This document shows, piece after piece, positions 38,433-47,337 of a stretch of 64,000 nt of DNA. The position numbers were made by a program, and so were the translations under genes. The notes under the pieces were generated by a model. The model was not told the origin of the DNA and made no database searches. It saw nothing but the letters and a program-made list of their open reading frames with translations. Positions within the stretch are counted from its first letter, which is position 1, and every line of letters starts with the position of its first letter. Source of the stretch: an uncultured Candidatus Saccharibacteria bacterium (GTDB lineage: Bacteria > Patescibacteriota > Minisyncoccia > Phycocordibacterales > Phycocordibacteraceae); NCBI GenBank assembly GCA_964593365.1, contig CAZQGQ010000001.1, forward strand, positions 244,585 through 308,584. The letters are read 5' to 3'.

Positions 38433-39178
38433 TGGAAAATGTCTCAATTTCCAATAATAAGGGTCAACAGCTCTCAGCGAATATGTATCCATCAAAGACA
38501 GCAACCCATAAACTTGCCATTCTCTGTCCAGGGTACTTAGACACCAAAGATTACGTGCATCTGGTGCGTCTTGCTGAGCAGCTTACAGGGCGTGGGTATA
38601 CAGTCGCTTCTTTTGATCCAACTGGTACCTGGGGAAGTGAAGGTTCTAATGAGGAGTATTTAACGTCTCAATACCTAGAAGACATTAAGAGTGTTCTCGA
38701 ATACATGCTTAGCCAGGCTCCTTACAGCAGTATTCTTTTAGGTGGCCATAGTCGAGGCGGCCAAGTCGCAATATTATATGCCGCACATGACCCACGTGTG
38801 ACGCAAATTCTAGCGATTATGCCTTCACATGGGCCAGTGGAGGGATCGCGCAGAGAAGAGTGGGAGAAAGAAGGGTTTAAAGACTCGGATAGAGACATTC
38901 CTGGAAGTACTGATCGTAAGTACTTCCATATTCCCTTCAAGCACGTATTAGACCGAGATCAATTTGATGCTCTTGGAGATATAAAGAAAATAAAAGCATC
39001 AATAATCCTTATTGCCGGCGAGCTCGACGACTTAGTCACTCCGGAGGAAGTACGACAGCTCTATGATGCGGCTAATCAGCCCAAGAAATATATGATACTA
39101 GAGGGGATTGGTCACGATTATCGTTTGAATTCAAAGGAAGTGGAAAGAGTGAATATAGCGATTCTTAAGGAGATTTAG
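38429..39178 (+). CDS. Alpha/beta hydrolase (cassette 3)
   Basis: GHSRGG, GELDDLV, GHDY. Confidence 0.87.
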   Translation: MMENVSISNNKGQQLSANMYPSKTATHKLAILCPGYLDTKDYVHLVRLAEQLTGRGYTVASFDPTGTWGSEGSNEEYLTSQYLEDIKSVLEYMLSQAPYSSILLGGHSRGGQVAILYAAHDPRVTQILAIMPSHGPVEGSRREEWEKEGFKDSDRDIPGSTDRKYFHIPFKHVLDRDQFDALGDIKKIKASIILIAGELDDLVTPEEVRQLYDAANQPKKYMILEGIGHDYRLNSKEVERVNIAILKEI

Positions 39179-39185
39179 CAAAAAA

Positions 39186-39213
39186 GGTTCCAACATCGTC
39201 CCAGACAGCCAGC
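39186..39213 (+). repeat. 28-bp repeat, copy 3 (28/28)
   Basis: Identical to copy 1, 7 nt after the stop at 39178. Confidence 0.95.
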
Positions 39214-39250
39214 AAAACGAGAATAGATTGGAAATTGGTATACTGAGTCG

Positions 39251-39583
39251 ATGATGGAAGGTTTAAGACAAAAGATCGCACGTACCATGCCGGAAGGGCC
39301 CGACACAAAAGAAGTGCTAGCGCGTGTTGAGGAGATATCTGTTACGCTCCTTTATCCTATAAAAAAAGAAGAGAGAGAAGATGCGCGTGCGAAGCTTCTG
39401 GAAGCTCTTACGACAATGTCGCCTGAGGAACGCGCAAAGACGGCACGAGCGGTAAGCGCCATTGTGGAAACATTAGAGAAGAGCCCGTATAGGAATGTGG
39501 GGTTTAACGGATCTTTGATTCGAAGGCAGTTGGCAGACATAGGGCCAGTAGCAGAAGCTCTAAACGCTTCGAATCAGGAATAA
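39251..39583 (+). CDS. Hypothetical helical protein (cassette 4)
   Basis: 110-aa ORF preceded by TGGTATACT. Confidence 0.6.
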   Translation: MMEGLRQKIARTMPEGPDTKEVLARVEEISVTLLYPIKKEEREDARAKLLEALTTMSPEERAKTARAVSAIVETLEKSPYRNVGFNGSLIRRQLADIGPVAEALNASNQE

Positions 39584-39594
39584 AAACCTACCCT

Positions 39595-39622
39595 GGTTCC
39601 AACATCGTCCCAAACAGCCAGA
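39595..39622 (+). repeat. 28-bp repeat, copy 4 (26/28)
   Basis: GGTTCCAACATCGTCCCAAACAGCCAGA, 11 nt after the stop at 39583. Confidence 0.95.
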
Positions 39623-39630
39623 CGTATAAA

Positions 39631-39663
39631 ATAAAAACACCCGCCGGAAGCGGGTGTTTTTAT
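39631..39663. terminator. Bidirectional terminator between the cassette array and rpsA
   Basis: ATAAAAACACCCGC-CGGAA-GCGGGTGTTTTTAT. Confidence 0.88.
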
Positions 39664-39672
39664 GTCCAACTC

Positions 39673-40821
39673 TTACTTCTTTGCGTCCTTGCCGAGGAAG
39701 GAGAGCGTCATGCGCTGATCCTTTGGCTCGAAGACCTTGATAACAAACGGGTAAGTCTTACCAAGCTCAAGCACCTCTTTGAGTTCCTGTGGGGAAGCGA
39801 ACTCGCTGATGTGCACCAAGCCGGCAACGCCTTCCTCGATTGAGGCGAGGGCACCGTGCTTGTTGTACTTGATGATGACGCCTGAGATTTCCATACCCTT
39901 CTTGTAACGGTCAGACGCGGTCTTCCAAGGGTTTTCCTTGAGCGCCTTGATCGAAAGGGAAATCTTTCCGTCCTTGATCTCGATCACCTTCACCTCAACC
40001 TTGTCGCTTACCTTGAAGAGGGTGCGAGGATCCTCGACGAGTCCCCAATCAAGTTCAGAGATGTGCACGAGTCCTTCAAGGCCCTGCTCGAGTTTGACGA
40101 AGACGCCAAAGTCGACAGCTCCCGTGACTTCTCCCGTGACAACGTCACCAACCTGGTACTTGTCGATGAGTGAAGTCTTCTCCTCATCCTCTGAGCCAGT
40201 GCGCTCCGAGAAGATAAGCTTCGCTTCTTTTGGCTCTGCAGTGATGATGCGGACCGAAAGCACCTGTCCGACAAGCTTGCCGAGCTCCCCAAGGATCTTG
40301 TCCTTGTCTCCCTCAGGCACGCGCGGGTAGTGCTCCTTTGCAAGCTGGGAAGCAGGCAAGAAGCCCTTGATACCCTGCCACGTGAGGATGAGTCCTCCCT
40401 TGTTGGCTTCCTCGACCATAAGCGAGTACGTGGTCTGTCCGAGGATTGCCTGATCGGCTTCGCTCCAGATAGCAGCCTGGCGAGCCTCTTTCAACGAAAG
40501 CTCGATGTAGCCTTCGATGCCTGAGGGATCGACGACCTTTGCAGAGATAGTGTCTCCCGGGTTTGCCTTGCGGAGGATGTCAGCTGCGTTTAGGTACTCG
40601 CGTCCGTAGATGATACCTGTTCCAAATGGAGGCAGGTCAACATAGAGGCGTCCGCGCGAAAGCGCGATGATGGTTCCTTCGATGAGGTCTCCGGCAGACG
40701 GAGGCGTCATGATCGAATCCACCAGATTTGCCATCGGGTGTCCTTCTTCAAACGAAACAGTTACTGGAATAGGCGACGTCTTCTTCTCGTCCGTTGCGAC
40801 AACGGCAGTATCTTCACTCAT
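39673..40821 (-). CDS. rpsA: 30S ribosomal protein bS1 (four-S1-domain form)
   Basis: Repeated S1 motifs: GFLPASQL, DFGVFV...EGLVHISEL, AGLVHISE. Confidence 0.92.
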   Translation of the reverse strand: MSEDTAVVATDEKKTSPIPVTVSFEEGHPMANLVDSIMTPPSAGDLIEGTIIALSRGRLYVDLPPFGTGIIYGREYLNAADILRKANPGDTISAKVVDPSGIEGYIELSLKEARQAAIWSEADQAILGQTTYSLMVEEANKGGLILTWQGIKGFLPASQLAKEHYPRVPEGDKDKILGELGKLVGQVLSVRIITAEPKEAKLIFSERTGSEDEEKTSLIDKYQVGDVVTGEVTGAVDFGVFVKLEQGLEGLVHISELDWGLVEDPRTLFKVSDKVEVKVIEIKDGKISLSIKALKENPWKTASDRYKKGMEISGVIIKYNKHGALASIEEGVAGLVHISEFASPQELKEVLELGKTYPFVIKVFEPKDQRMTLSFLGKDAKK

Positions 40822-40917
40822 GAATGTAATTGAATCGAGAGCGTCTGCGTCGCGGGTTCATCGCACCTTGCGGCTTGATGGGTTAGCCCGCTTACGCCTT
40901 ATGCACGCGCTCGCGAT
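40822..40917 (-). promoter_or_regulatory. Structured 5' leader of rpsA
   Basis: Nested stems capped by a GCAA tetraloop on the minus strand; TATATT -10 box at 40924-40929. Confidence 0.5.
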
Positions 40918-41014
40918 AGGGGGAATATAGCCTAGAACCCTGTAATTAACAAGACTCACCCGAGGTGAGCCTTTATCAATTTGGTGTACAGAAAGAGGAA
41001 TCAATAACGCAGTA

Positions 41015-41325
41015 AAAGGGTAGGGGTTGCGTGGTAAGTCGAATCAGTAGATTGAAACGACTTAGCTTTACGCAACCCCCGGATCCTAAGACCCTTTGGT
41101 ACTCAGTAGACAAACGCGCGTCCCGGCTAGGCTGGGTGTGCGTGCAGGTAGGCTGAGATAGTCGTCGGTGGGCCTGTACTCTTCGAAGTCATCGGCGTTC
41201 CTTCTCGGTTGCCGAAAGTGAGAGGTGTGAATTCGGAAAAGGCCTTTCGAACCGATTCCGAGCGTCAGCCAGGTCCCGCTGGAAGCAGCTTTCCAACTGC
41301 AACTGACACTTGCAGTGTACCGTCC
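41015..41325 (+). ncRNA. Candidate structured RNA containing an SRP helix-8-like motif
   Basis: Series of hairpins, some needing G-U pairs on the plus strand; AGC-CAGG-TCC-CGCT-GGA-AGCA-GCT at 41267-41290. Confidence 0.4.
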
Positions 41326-41382
41326 ATTCTCGTGATCCACTAAGGGGATAAATACCAAAAGTAGTGGTAGAATATGAGGAAT

Positions 41383-42024
41383 ATGGTCATTACCCACCAC
41401 GGCGGCCAGTGCTTCAAGGTCACGTTCGGAGACATCACCCTCGCCTTCGATCCCATCTCAAAAGGAGGCACCTTGCCTTCGGTCAAATTCGGCGCGGACA
41501 TCGCACTTGTGTCCCGGAATCACCCCGATACCAATGGCGTTGCTGAAGTAACCTACGGAGAAAAGGAGCCCTTTGCGATCACGGGCCCTGGCGAATACGA
41601 ATATCAGGGAGTCACGGTGCGCGGATTTCTTTCCAAGAGCGAATACGGACTCAAGAAAGGAGAGAAGGAGGCGATGAATACCATCTATGCGGTTCGCCTC
41701 GAGGGCATGACCCTGGTTCACCTCGGCGCCCTTTCAGATGCAGCTCTCTCTGCTGAAGCCAAAGAGGGAATCGATGAGATCGATGTCTTGTTTGTCCCTG
41801 TTGGAGGGGACGGGGTACTCGATGCCGCTGAGGCAGCCAAGCTCGCGACCATCCTCGAGCCCCGAATCATCATCCCTATGCACTGGAGCGGGATGGGGGA
41901 GGCAAAGGCTCTCGATGCCTATCTAAAGGAGGAGGGCGGGGCTAAGGAGAAAACCGACAAGTTGACCCTCAAGAAAAAAGATGCGCTTGACAAAGATGGT
42001 GATATAATTGTGATAACACCCTAA
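41383..42024 (+). CDS. MBL-fold metallo-hydrolase (Lactamase_B_3-like)
   Basis: G.QCFK, DP, GPGEYE, HLG, DVLFVPVGG, IIPMH; metal motif degenerate (SRNHPDTN). Confidence 0.82.
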   Translation: MVITHHGGQCFKVTFGDITLAFDPISKGGTLPSVKFGADIALVSRNHPDTNGVAEVTYGEKEPFAITGPGEYEYQGVTVRGFLSKSEYGLKKGEKEAMNTIYAVRLEGMTLVHLGALSDAALSAEAKEGIDEIDVLFVPVGGDGVLDAAEAAKLATILEPRIIIPMHWSGMGEAKALDAYLKEEGGAKEKTDKLTLKKKDALDKDGDIIVITP

Positions 42025-42027
42025 CCT

Positions 42028-42390
42028 ATGCCACTACGACGCGTACGAGACTATGTAGAGAACTTGAAGGCCAAGCCGACTCATGTCCGGGAGCGTGCCG
42101 CGCTAGGCGCCTCTGCTGCCATCACTGCAGTCATCGCTATCGGATGGCTCGTCGCCCTTTCTACCTCAGGAACGCTCGCGCTTGGCCCAGCCGGCACTCC
42201 GGCAAGCAAGCAGCTTGCAAAGACCAGCCAGGAATCGCAGAAGGATTTCTCCAATCTCCTTGGAGCGGCGGGAGCCTTCCAAAACAACATGTCAGCAGGC
42301 CAGGGCTCGATCACCGTCGTTGAGACAAACACCTCCTCAACGCTCGAACAGGAAGACATGGTCGGCGAACAGACCGTCATACCGTTTTAA
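42028..42390 (+). CDS. Single-TM hypothetical protein
   Basis: L..KP.HVRER.A followed by a TM helix; sits upstream of gyrA. Confidence 0.65.
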   Translation: MPLRRVRDYVENLKAKPTHVRERAALGASAAITAVIAIGWLVALSTSGTLALGPAGTPASKQLAKTSQESQKDFSNLLGAAGAFQNNMSAGQGSITVVETNTSSTLEQEDMVGEQTVIPF

Positions 42391-42407
42391 GACCGTTCTA
42401 GATTTTC

Positions 42408-44882
42408 ATGCCAAAGAAGAAAGACGAGCCAGTGGATCCTGCCGTTCCCGTAAGCGCGGCAAACGTCATATCCCAGTCGATCACGACTGAGATGCGCCAG
42501 TCGTACATCGACTACGCGATGACGGTCATCACGTCACGCGCATTGCCTGACATCCGCGACGGCTTGAAGCCCGTGCACCGCCGCATCCTCTACGCGATGC
42601 GCCAGACAGGACTCACTCCTACTGCAAAGTTCCGAAAGTCAGCGACAGTGGTCGGAGAGGTGCTCGGTTCCTACCACCCGCACGGCGACACGTCCGTCTA
42701 TGACGCGATGGTAAAGCTCGCGCAGGATTTTGCGACCCGCTATCCGCTTGTGACCGGCCAGGGAAACTTCGGCTCAATCGACGGAGACCCGCCAGCTGCA
42801 TACCGCTATACGGAGGCAAAGATGTCTCGCCTTGCAGACGAGATGCTCCGCGACCTTGAGAAGGAAACCGTGCTCTGGGCTCCGAACTTCGACGGCTCCA
42901 AGCAAGAACCGACCGTGCTCCCGGCAGCCGCTCCGAACCTTCTTTTGAACGGAACGTTGGGCATTGCCGTTGGTATGGCAACGAACATTCCTCCGCATAA
43001 CTTGCGAGAGGTAGTTGATGCGACGACGCACCTGATTGATAACTCGGACGCAACGACCGAAGACCTTTTGAAATTCGTGCAGGGACCCGATTTCCCGCTT
43101 GGAGGACTCGCCTTCAACCAGACTGATATCAAGCACGCGTACCTTACCGGCAAGGGAGGAGTCGTCACACGCGGCGTCGCAGAAATTATCGAGGATAAGA
43201 AGGGAAGCTCGATCATCATCACCTCCATTCCCTTCCGCGTTAACAAAGCAGACCTTATTACGCGTATCGCAGACCTGGTCCGCGACAAGAAGCTTGAGGG
43301 CATCAAGGATCTTCGCGACGAGTCAGCCGAAGACATCCGCGTTGTCGTTGAGTTGAAGGGCACTGCGCATCCGCAGGTGGTATTGAACGCTCTCTATAAG
43401 CACACGGAGCTTGAGACGACCTTCCACTACAACATGCTCGCGCTTGTCGACGGGGTACCGCAGACTCTTTCCCTGAAAGCATTCCTCGAGCACTTCATCG
43501 AGCACCGCCGCGAGGTGGTGAAGCGCCGCACCGAATACGATCTTCGCAAGGCCGAAGAACGCGAGCATATCCTTTTGGGACTCTCCAAGGCGCTCGATCA
43601 TATCGATGAGGTGATCGCGGTCATTAAGAAGGCGCCGGACGTAGGATCCGCGTCGCTTGCGCTCCAGAAGAAGTTCGCATTCTCCGACCGCCAGGCAGCG
43701 GCCATCCTCGCTATGCGCCTCCAGACGTTGGCTGGTCTTGAGCGGAAGAAGATCGAGGATGAGCTTACGGAAGTACAGGAACTCATAAAGCAGCTTAAGA
43801 AGATTCTCTCCTCAGCCAAGAGCATTCTTGCGGTCGTTCGCGACGAGCTCGTGCAGCTTCGCGATAAGTACGGAGACGATCGCCGCACGAAGATCATCAA
43901 GGGCGGAGTGAAGAACATCTCACTCGAAGACATGGTTCCTGATGATGAGTCGGTCTTGGTGCTCACCCAGGGCGGGTACGTGAAGCGAACGAACCCGAAC
44001 GAGTACAAGGCGCAGAAGCGCGGAGGCATTGGCGTCATTGATATGTCTACCAAGGAAGAAGATGTAGTCACGCATTTCTTGGTGGCCTCAGCGCACTCCG
44101 ATCTCTTGTTCTTCACTGACTACGGCAAGGCGTATCAGGTGAAGATGTACGACATTCCTGAAGGGCGCCGCGCAACCAAGGGCAAGTCGATCATGAACTT
44201 CCTCCCGCTTGCAGGGGACGAGAAGGTCACGTCCGTGCTTGCTGTTCCTAAGGGCGCCGCACGCGAGGCGATGTCCGTATTTTTCGTAACGTTGGAAGGA
44301 ATCGTAAAGAAGGTCGCAGCCGCAAGCTTCGCAGATGTTCGCCGCTCAGGAATCATCGCTATCAGCTTGAAGGGCAAGGACAGGCTTGTCACCGCAAACC
44401 TAGCTCAAGATGGAGACAGTGTTTCTATAGTTACGTCGAAAGGCCAGTCGATCCGGTTCGATGAGGCAGATGTGCGCGCCATGGGCCGAACTGCAGCAGG
44501 CGTTCGCGGCATGACGGTCAAGAAGGGAGATCAAGTGGTTTCTGCAGAAGTCGTTCCCGCAGCCGAGAAGAAAGCATCGCTCCTCATCATCATGGGCAAG
44601 GGATACGGCAAGCAGACCTCGATGGATGAATACAAGATCCAGGGACGCGGAGGCTCGGGTATCAAGACTGCGGAAGTCACCGCGAAGACCGGAGAGATCA
44701 TCGGCGCGAAGGTTCTGATTGGAGCAAACGAGCTTGAAGAAGAGATTGTGGTCATTTCAAAGAAAGGACAGGTTATCCGCTGCTCATCTGGGGAGATTCC
44801 TTCATTGTCGCGAGCAACGCAGGGCGTGCGGATCATGAAGATGCGCGAAGGGGACTCAATCGCATCGATGGTTGCGCTCTAG
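42408..44882 (+). CDS. gyrA: DNA gyrase subunit A
   Basis: [29 protein letters not shown], GyrA box QKRGGIG, pinwheel repeats. Confidence 0.97.
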   Translation: MPKKKDEPVDPAVPVSAANVISQSITTEMRQSYIDYAMTVITSRALPDIRDGLKPVHRRILYAMRQTGLTPTAKFRKSATVVGEVLGSYHPHGDTSVYDAMVKLAQDFATRYPLVTGQGNFGSIDGDPPAAYRYTEAKMSRLADEMLRDLEKETVLWAPNFDGSKQEPTVLPAAAPNLLLNGTLGIAVGMATNIPPHNLREVVDATTHLIDNSDATTEDLLKFVQGPDFPLGGLAFNQTDIKHAYLTGKGGVVTRGVAEIIEDKKGSSIIITSIPFRVNKADLITRIADLVRDKKLEGIKDLRDESAEDIRVVVELKGTAHPQVVLNALYKHTELETTFHYNMLALVDGVPQTLSLKAFLEHFIEHRREVVKRRTEYDLRKAEEREHILLGLSKALDHIDEVIAVIKKAPDVGSASLALQKKFAFSDRQAAAILAMRLQTLAGLERKKIEDELTEVQELIKQLKKILSSAKSILAVVRDELVQLRDKYGDDRRTKIIKGGVKNISLEDMVPDDESVLVLTQGGYVKRTNPNEYKAQKRGGIGVIDMSTKEEDVVTHFLVASAHSDLLFFTDYGKAYQVKMYDIPEGRRATKGKSIMNFLPLAGDEKVTSVLAVPKGAAREAMSVFFVTLEGIVKKVAAASFADVRRSGIIAISLKGKDRLVTANLAQDGDSVSIVTSKGQSIRFDEADVRAMGRTAAGVRGMTVKKGDQVVSAEVVPAAEKKASLLIIMGKGYGKQTSMDEYKIQGRGGSGIKTAEVTAKTGEIIGAKVLIGANELEEEIVVISKKGQVIRCSSGEIPSLSRATQGVRIMKMREGDSIASMVAL

Positions 44883-44897
44883 CCCCACATCAGGAAC

Positions 44898-45383
44898 ATG
44901 GAAGCCTGGCTCGATTTTGCGATTCTCGGCCTAGCAGCGCTTCTTCTTTTTATCGTCTGTGCGTTCCTTGAGAAAAGATCTTCTGATGCCCTTCGCCTTC
45001 TGCTGATAAGCATCCCGACTGGCATAGTGCTTGGGTTGGTCTCTGACGTTGCGTTATGGGGAGCGTACACGTATCCGCTTGGATACGGATTGTTTTATTT
45101 GGTCCTTAATGCCGCCGTCGTATACGGATTGTTTGTAGCTACGGTATTACTTTTACAACGAGTTCGGTTACTGCGTTTTTGCATCTGGGTTATGGCACTG
45201 GTGGTTGTGTATGAAATCACCAACTATTACTTTCTCGTATGGACTTATGAAGTCACACCGTTTCTCGGTTGGCTCTCCTTTGTCATCCTAGGTTATTTCG
45301 CGACCGCAGTGTTTGTTGCCGTCGTAGCTCACGTATTTTGCGGATATAAGTTTCAATTTATCGATGATTTAATCAGGAAATAG
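44898..45383 (+). CDS. AT-rich multi-TM hypothetical protein
   Basis: About five hydrophobic segments; followed by a degenerate repeat copy. Confidence 0.65.
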   Translation: MEAWLDFAILGLAALLLFIVCAFLEKRSSDALRLLLISIPTGIVLGLVSDVALWGAYTYPLGYGLFYLVLNAAVVYGLFVATVLLLQRVRLLRFCIWVMALVVVYEITNYYFLVWTYEVTPFLGWLSFVILGYFATAVFVAVVAHVFCGYKFQFIDDLIRK

Positions 45384-45395
45384 CTTATTTCTTAA

Positions 45396-45420
45396 GGTTC
45401 CAATCTCTTCAGGCAGCTAA
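45396..45420 (+). repeat. Degenerate copy of the cassette repeat
   Basis: GGTTCCAATCTCTTCAGGCAGCTAA, 12 nt after the stop at 45383. Confidence 0.5.
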
Positions 45421-45424
45421 CGAA

Positions 45425-45883
45425 TTACATAGCTGCACCGCGAGCTTCCTTGAAGACGATCATCTCGTCGCCCATCGCTTCAAGCTCTTCTTCGGGAATC
45501 TCTTTCTCAACTGTTGGAAGCAGCTCAGTCTCTTCCTCTTCTACATGGTGTCGGATCTGTTCCATGAGCACTTTTACACTCGCATCGAATTCCGGCTGGT
45601 CCGGCTGCAGTGACTTAAGATCGCTCAAGAGCTTCTTGGCTCCTGCGTGCTCGACATATGCCTCTTCCACCATCTTGTCGTCTTCCTTATTAAAAGCTTC
45701 TAGGAAGCGCGGGTAGCAGAGCAGTTCTTCCATCTCGGCATGGATCGTAAGTTCATTGATAATCTGGTCTACCACCTTGCGCTTGGTCGCAACTGCACCA
45801 TCTCCCAACCCCTCGTATTCTTTAAAGAGTCCCTCGACCGTCTTATGGTCCTTCTTGATGATGGCAACTGGGTTATTTGTCAT
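45425..45883 (-). CDS. Hemerythrin HHE cation-binding domain protein
   Basis: DH, H..MEE...YP, EH, HHVEEEE. Confidence 0.88.
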   Translation of the reverse strand: MTNNPVAIIKKDHKTVEGLFKEYEGLGDGAVATKRKVVDQIINELTIHAEMEELLCYPRFLEAFNKEDDKMVEEAYVEHAGAKKLLSDLKSLQPDQPEFDASVKVLMEQIRHHVEEEETELLPTVEKEIPEEELEAMGDEMIVFKEARGAAM

Positions 45884-45997
45884 TGAATGTGGCTGAAAGT
45901 GATAATCGCAAGCCTGCACCTTACCCCTGCATTCATGAATGCTGAATGAACCACGCTGCGCCTGAGCTAATTATCTGATGCGGTATACTTAGGGTAT

Positions 45998-46336
45998 ATG
46001 AAATACTTCGTTACCTACCAAATGCCACATACCGGACTTGATGAGTGGATGAAAATGCCCGAAGCCGACCGCAAGGCCCAGGAAGTAGAGATGCAGTCGC
46101 AGTGGGGCGCATGGATGGCAGCGCATACAGGAGTCGTCACTGAAACGGCTGGCGTTGGCAAACCAAAGCGCATTACCTCAAGCGGCATCGAGGACTCTCG
46201 AAACGACATCATGATGTACTCGTTCGTCGAGGCAGAATCCCAGGAAGCTGCAGCAGACCTATTCAAGAACCATCCTCACTTCGGTATCCCGGGCGCATGG
46301 ATAGAAGTGATGGCGGTAAACAACGACATCAGCTAG
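45998..46336 (+). CDS. YCII-related (dimeric alpha-beta barrel) protein
   Basis: W..WM, YSFVEAES..AA..LF..HPH...G..IEV. Confidence 0.72.
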   Translation: MKYFVTYQMPHTGLDEWMKMPEADRKAQEVEMQSQWGAWMAAHTGVVTETAGVGKPKRITSSGIEDSRNDIMMYSFVEAESQEAAADLFKNHPHFGIPGAWIEVMAVNNDIS

Positions 46337-46340
46337 AGCG

Positions 46341-46754
46341 ATGAAAGGATTCGTAACGAACATAGAGCAGGAGACCCTGGAGAACGACGACTTCCGTCGC
46401 GTCCTCTATACCGCTGAGAACTGCCAGCTCGTGGTCATGTCCATTGCTGCGGGAGAGGAGATTGGGGCAGAAGTGCATGATGTGGACCAGTTCATCCGTA
46501 TTGAAGAAGGGACAGGACAGTGTGTCTTGAATGATGTCGAACGCGAGCTCACCGACGGATCAGTCATAGTGGTTCCAGCTGGCGTTCGCCACAACATCAT
46601 CAACACGTCGACAAGCGACGCGATGAAGCTCTATACCTTGTATTCCCCTCCGCATCACGAAGACGGCGTCGTGCATAAGACGAAGGCGGATGCCATGAAA
46701 GACGACGAGGAGTTCGACGGGGAAACCACTGACGACTTATCTAGCGTGAAGTAA
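46341..46754 (+). CDS. Cupin domain protein
   Basis: GEEIG.EVH..DQF..IE.G.G, VPAG..HN, LYSPP.H. Confidence 0.9.
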   Translation: MKGFVTNIEQETLENDDFRRVLYTAENCQLVVMSIAAGEEIGAEVHDVDQFIRIEEGTGQCVLNDVERELTDGSVIVVPAGVRHNIINTSTSDAMKLYTLYSPPHHEDGVVHKTKADAMKDDEEFDGETTDDLSSVK

Positions 46755-46787
46755 GGAAGAGGCGCGGATCCGTGGTATTTTTACTGC

Positions 46788-47318
46788 ATGAACTTCTCCG
46801 ATCCGCTCCACAACATCCTTCGCATGGGACTGAAGGAGGGAATGAAGGTTGCTGATCTTGGGACGGGGTCAGGACACTACGCGATTTCGGCAGGACATAT
46901 CGTTGGGCCTACTGGCCGCGTGTACGCCGTTGATATCCAGGAAGATATCCTGACGCGCCTCACTGCGGAAGCTAAGGTGCGCGGCCTTACTAATATAGAG
47001 ACGATCTGGGCTGACTTTGAACACCTCGAAGGAACGACGCTTCGACCGCGCGTCTTGGACGCGGTCGTGCTTTCAAATACGCTATTCCAGCTTGAGAAGA
47101 AAGAAGGCGCGCTCGCTGAAATCAAGCGCATCTTGAAGCCTGGAGGGAAGCTACTCGTGGTTGACTGGATGGAATCCTTCGGAGGTATCGGTCCGCATAA
47201 GGAGCATGTCGTTCCGGAAGCCGAAGCCGAAGCGCTCTTTATCAAGGCAGGCTTCACGAAGCTGAAAGCGTTCCTTGGAGGCCCGTACCATTATTCTCTT
47301 TTGTTTGAAGCACCCTAA
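46788..47318 (+). CDS. Class I SAM-dependent methyltransferase
   Basis: VADLGTGSG, VYAVDIQ, RILKPGG.L.VVDW. Confidence 0.9.
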   Translation: MNFSDPLHNILRMGLKEGMKVADLGTGSGHYAISAGHIVGPTGRVYAVDIQEDILTRLTAEAKVRGLTNIETIWADFEHLEGTTLRPRVLDAVVLSNTLFQLEKKEGALAEIKRILKPGGKLLVVDWMESFGGIGPHKEHVVPEAEAEALFIKAGFTKLKAFLGGPYHYSLLFEAP

Positions 47319-47337
47319 GCGTATTAGAATACGAACT

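Noticed and set aside
37229-39622. CRISPR array interpretation of the 28-bp repeats
   Set aside because: Intervals are 381-1322 bp and contain whole genes; no cas genes in the window.
37229-39622. Classical integron attC or Xer dif/pdif sites
   Set aside because: No long imperfect palindrome with paired RYYYAAC/GTTRRRY ends, no intI, and no resemblance to XerC/XerD arms.
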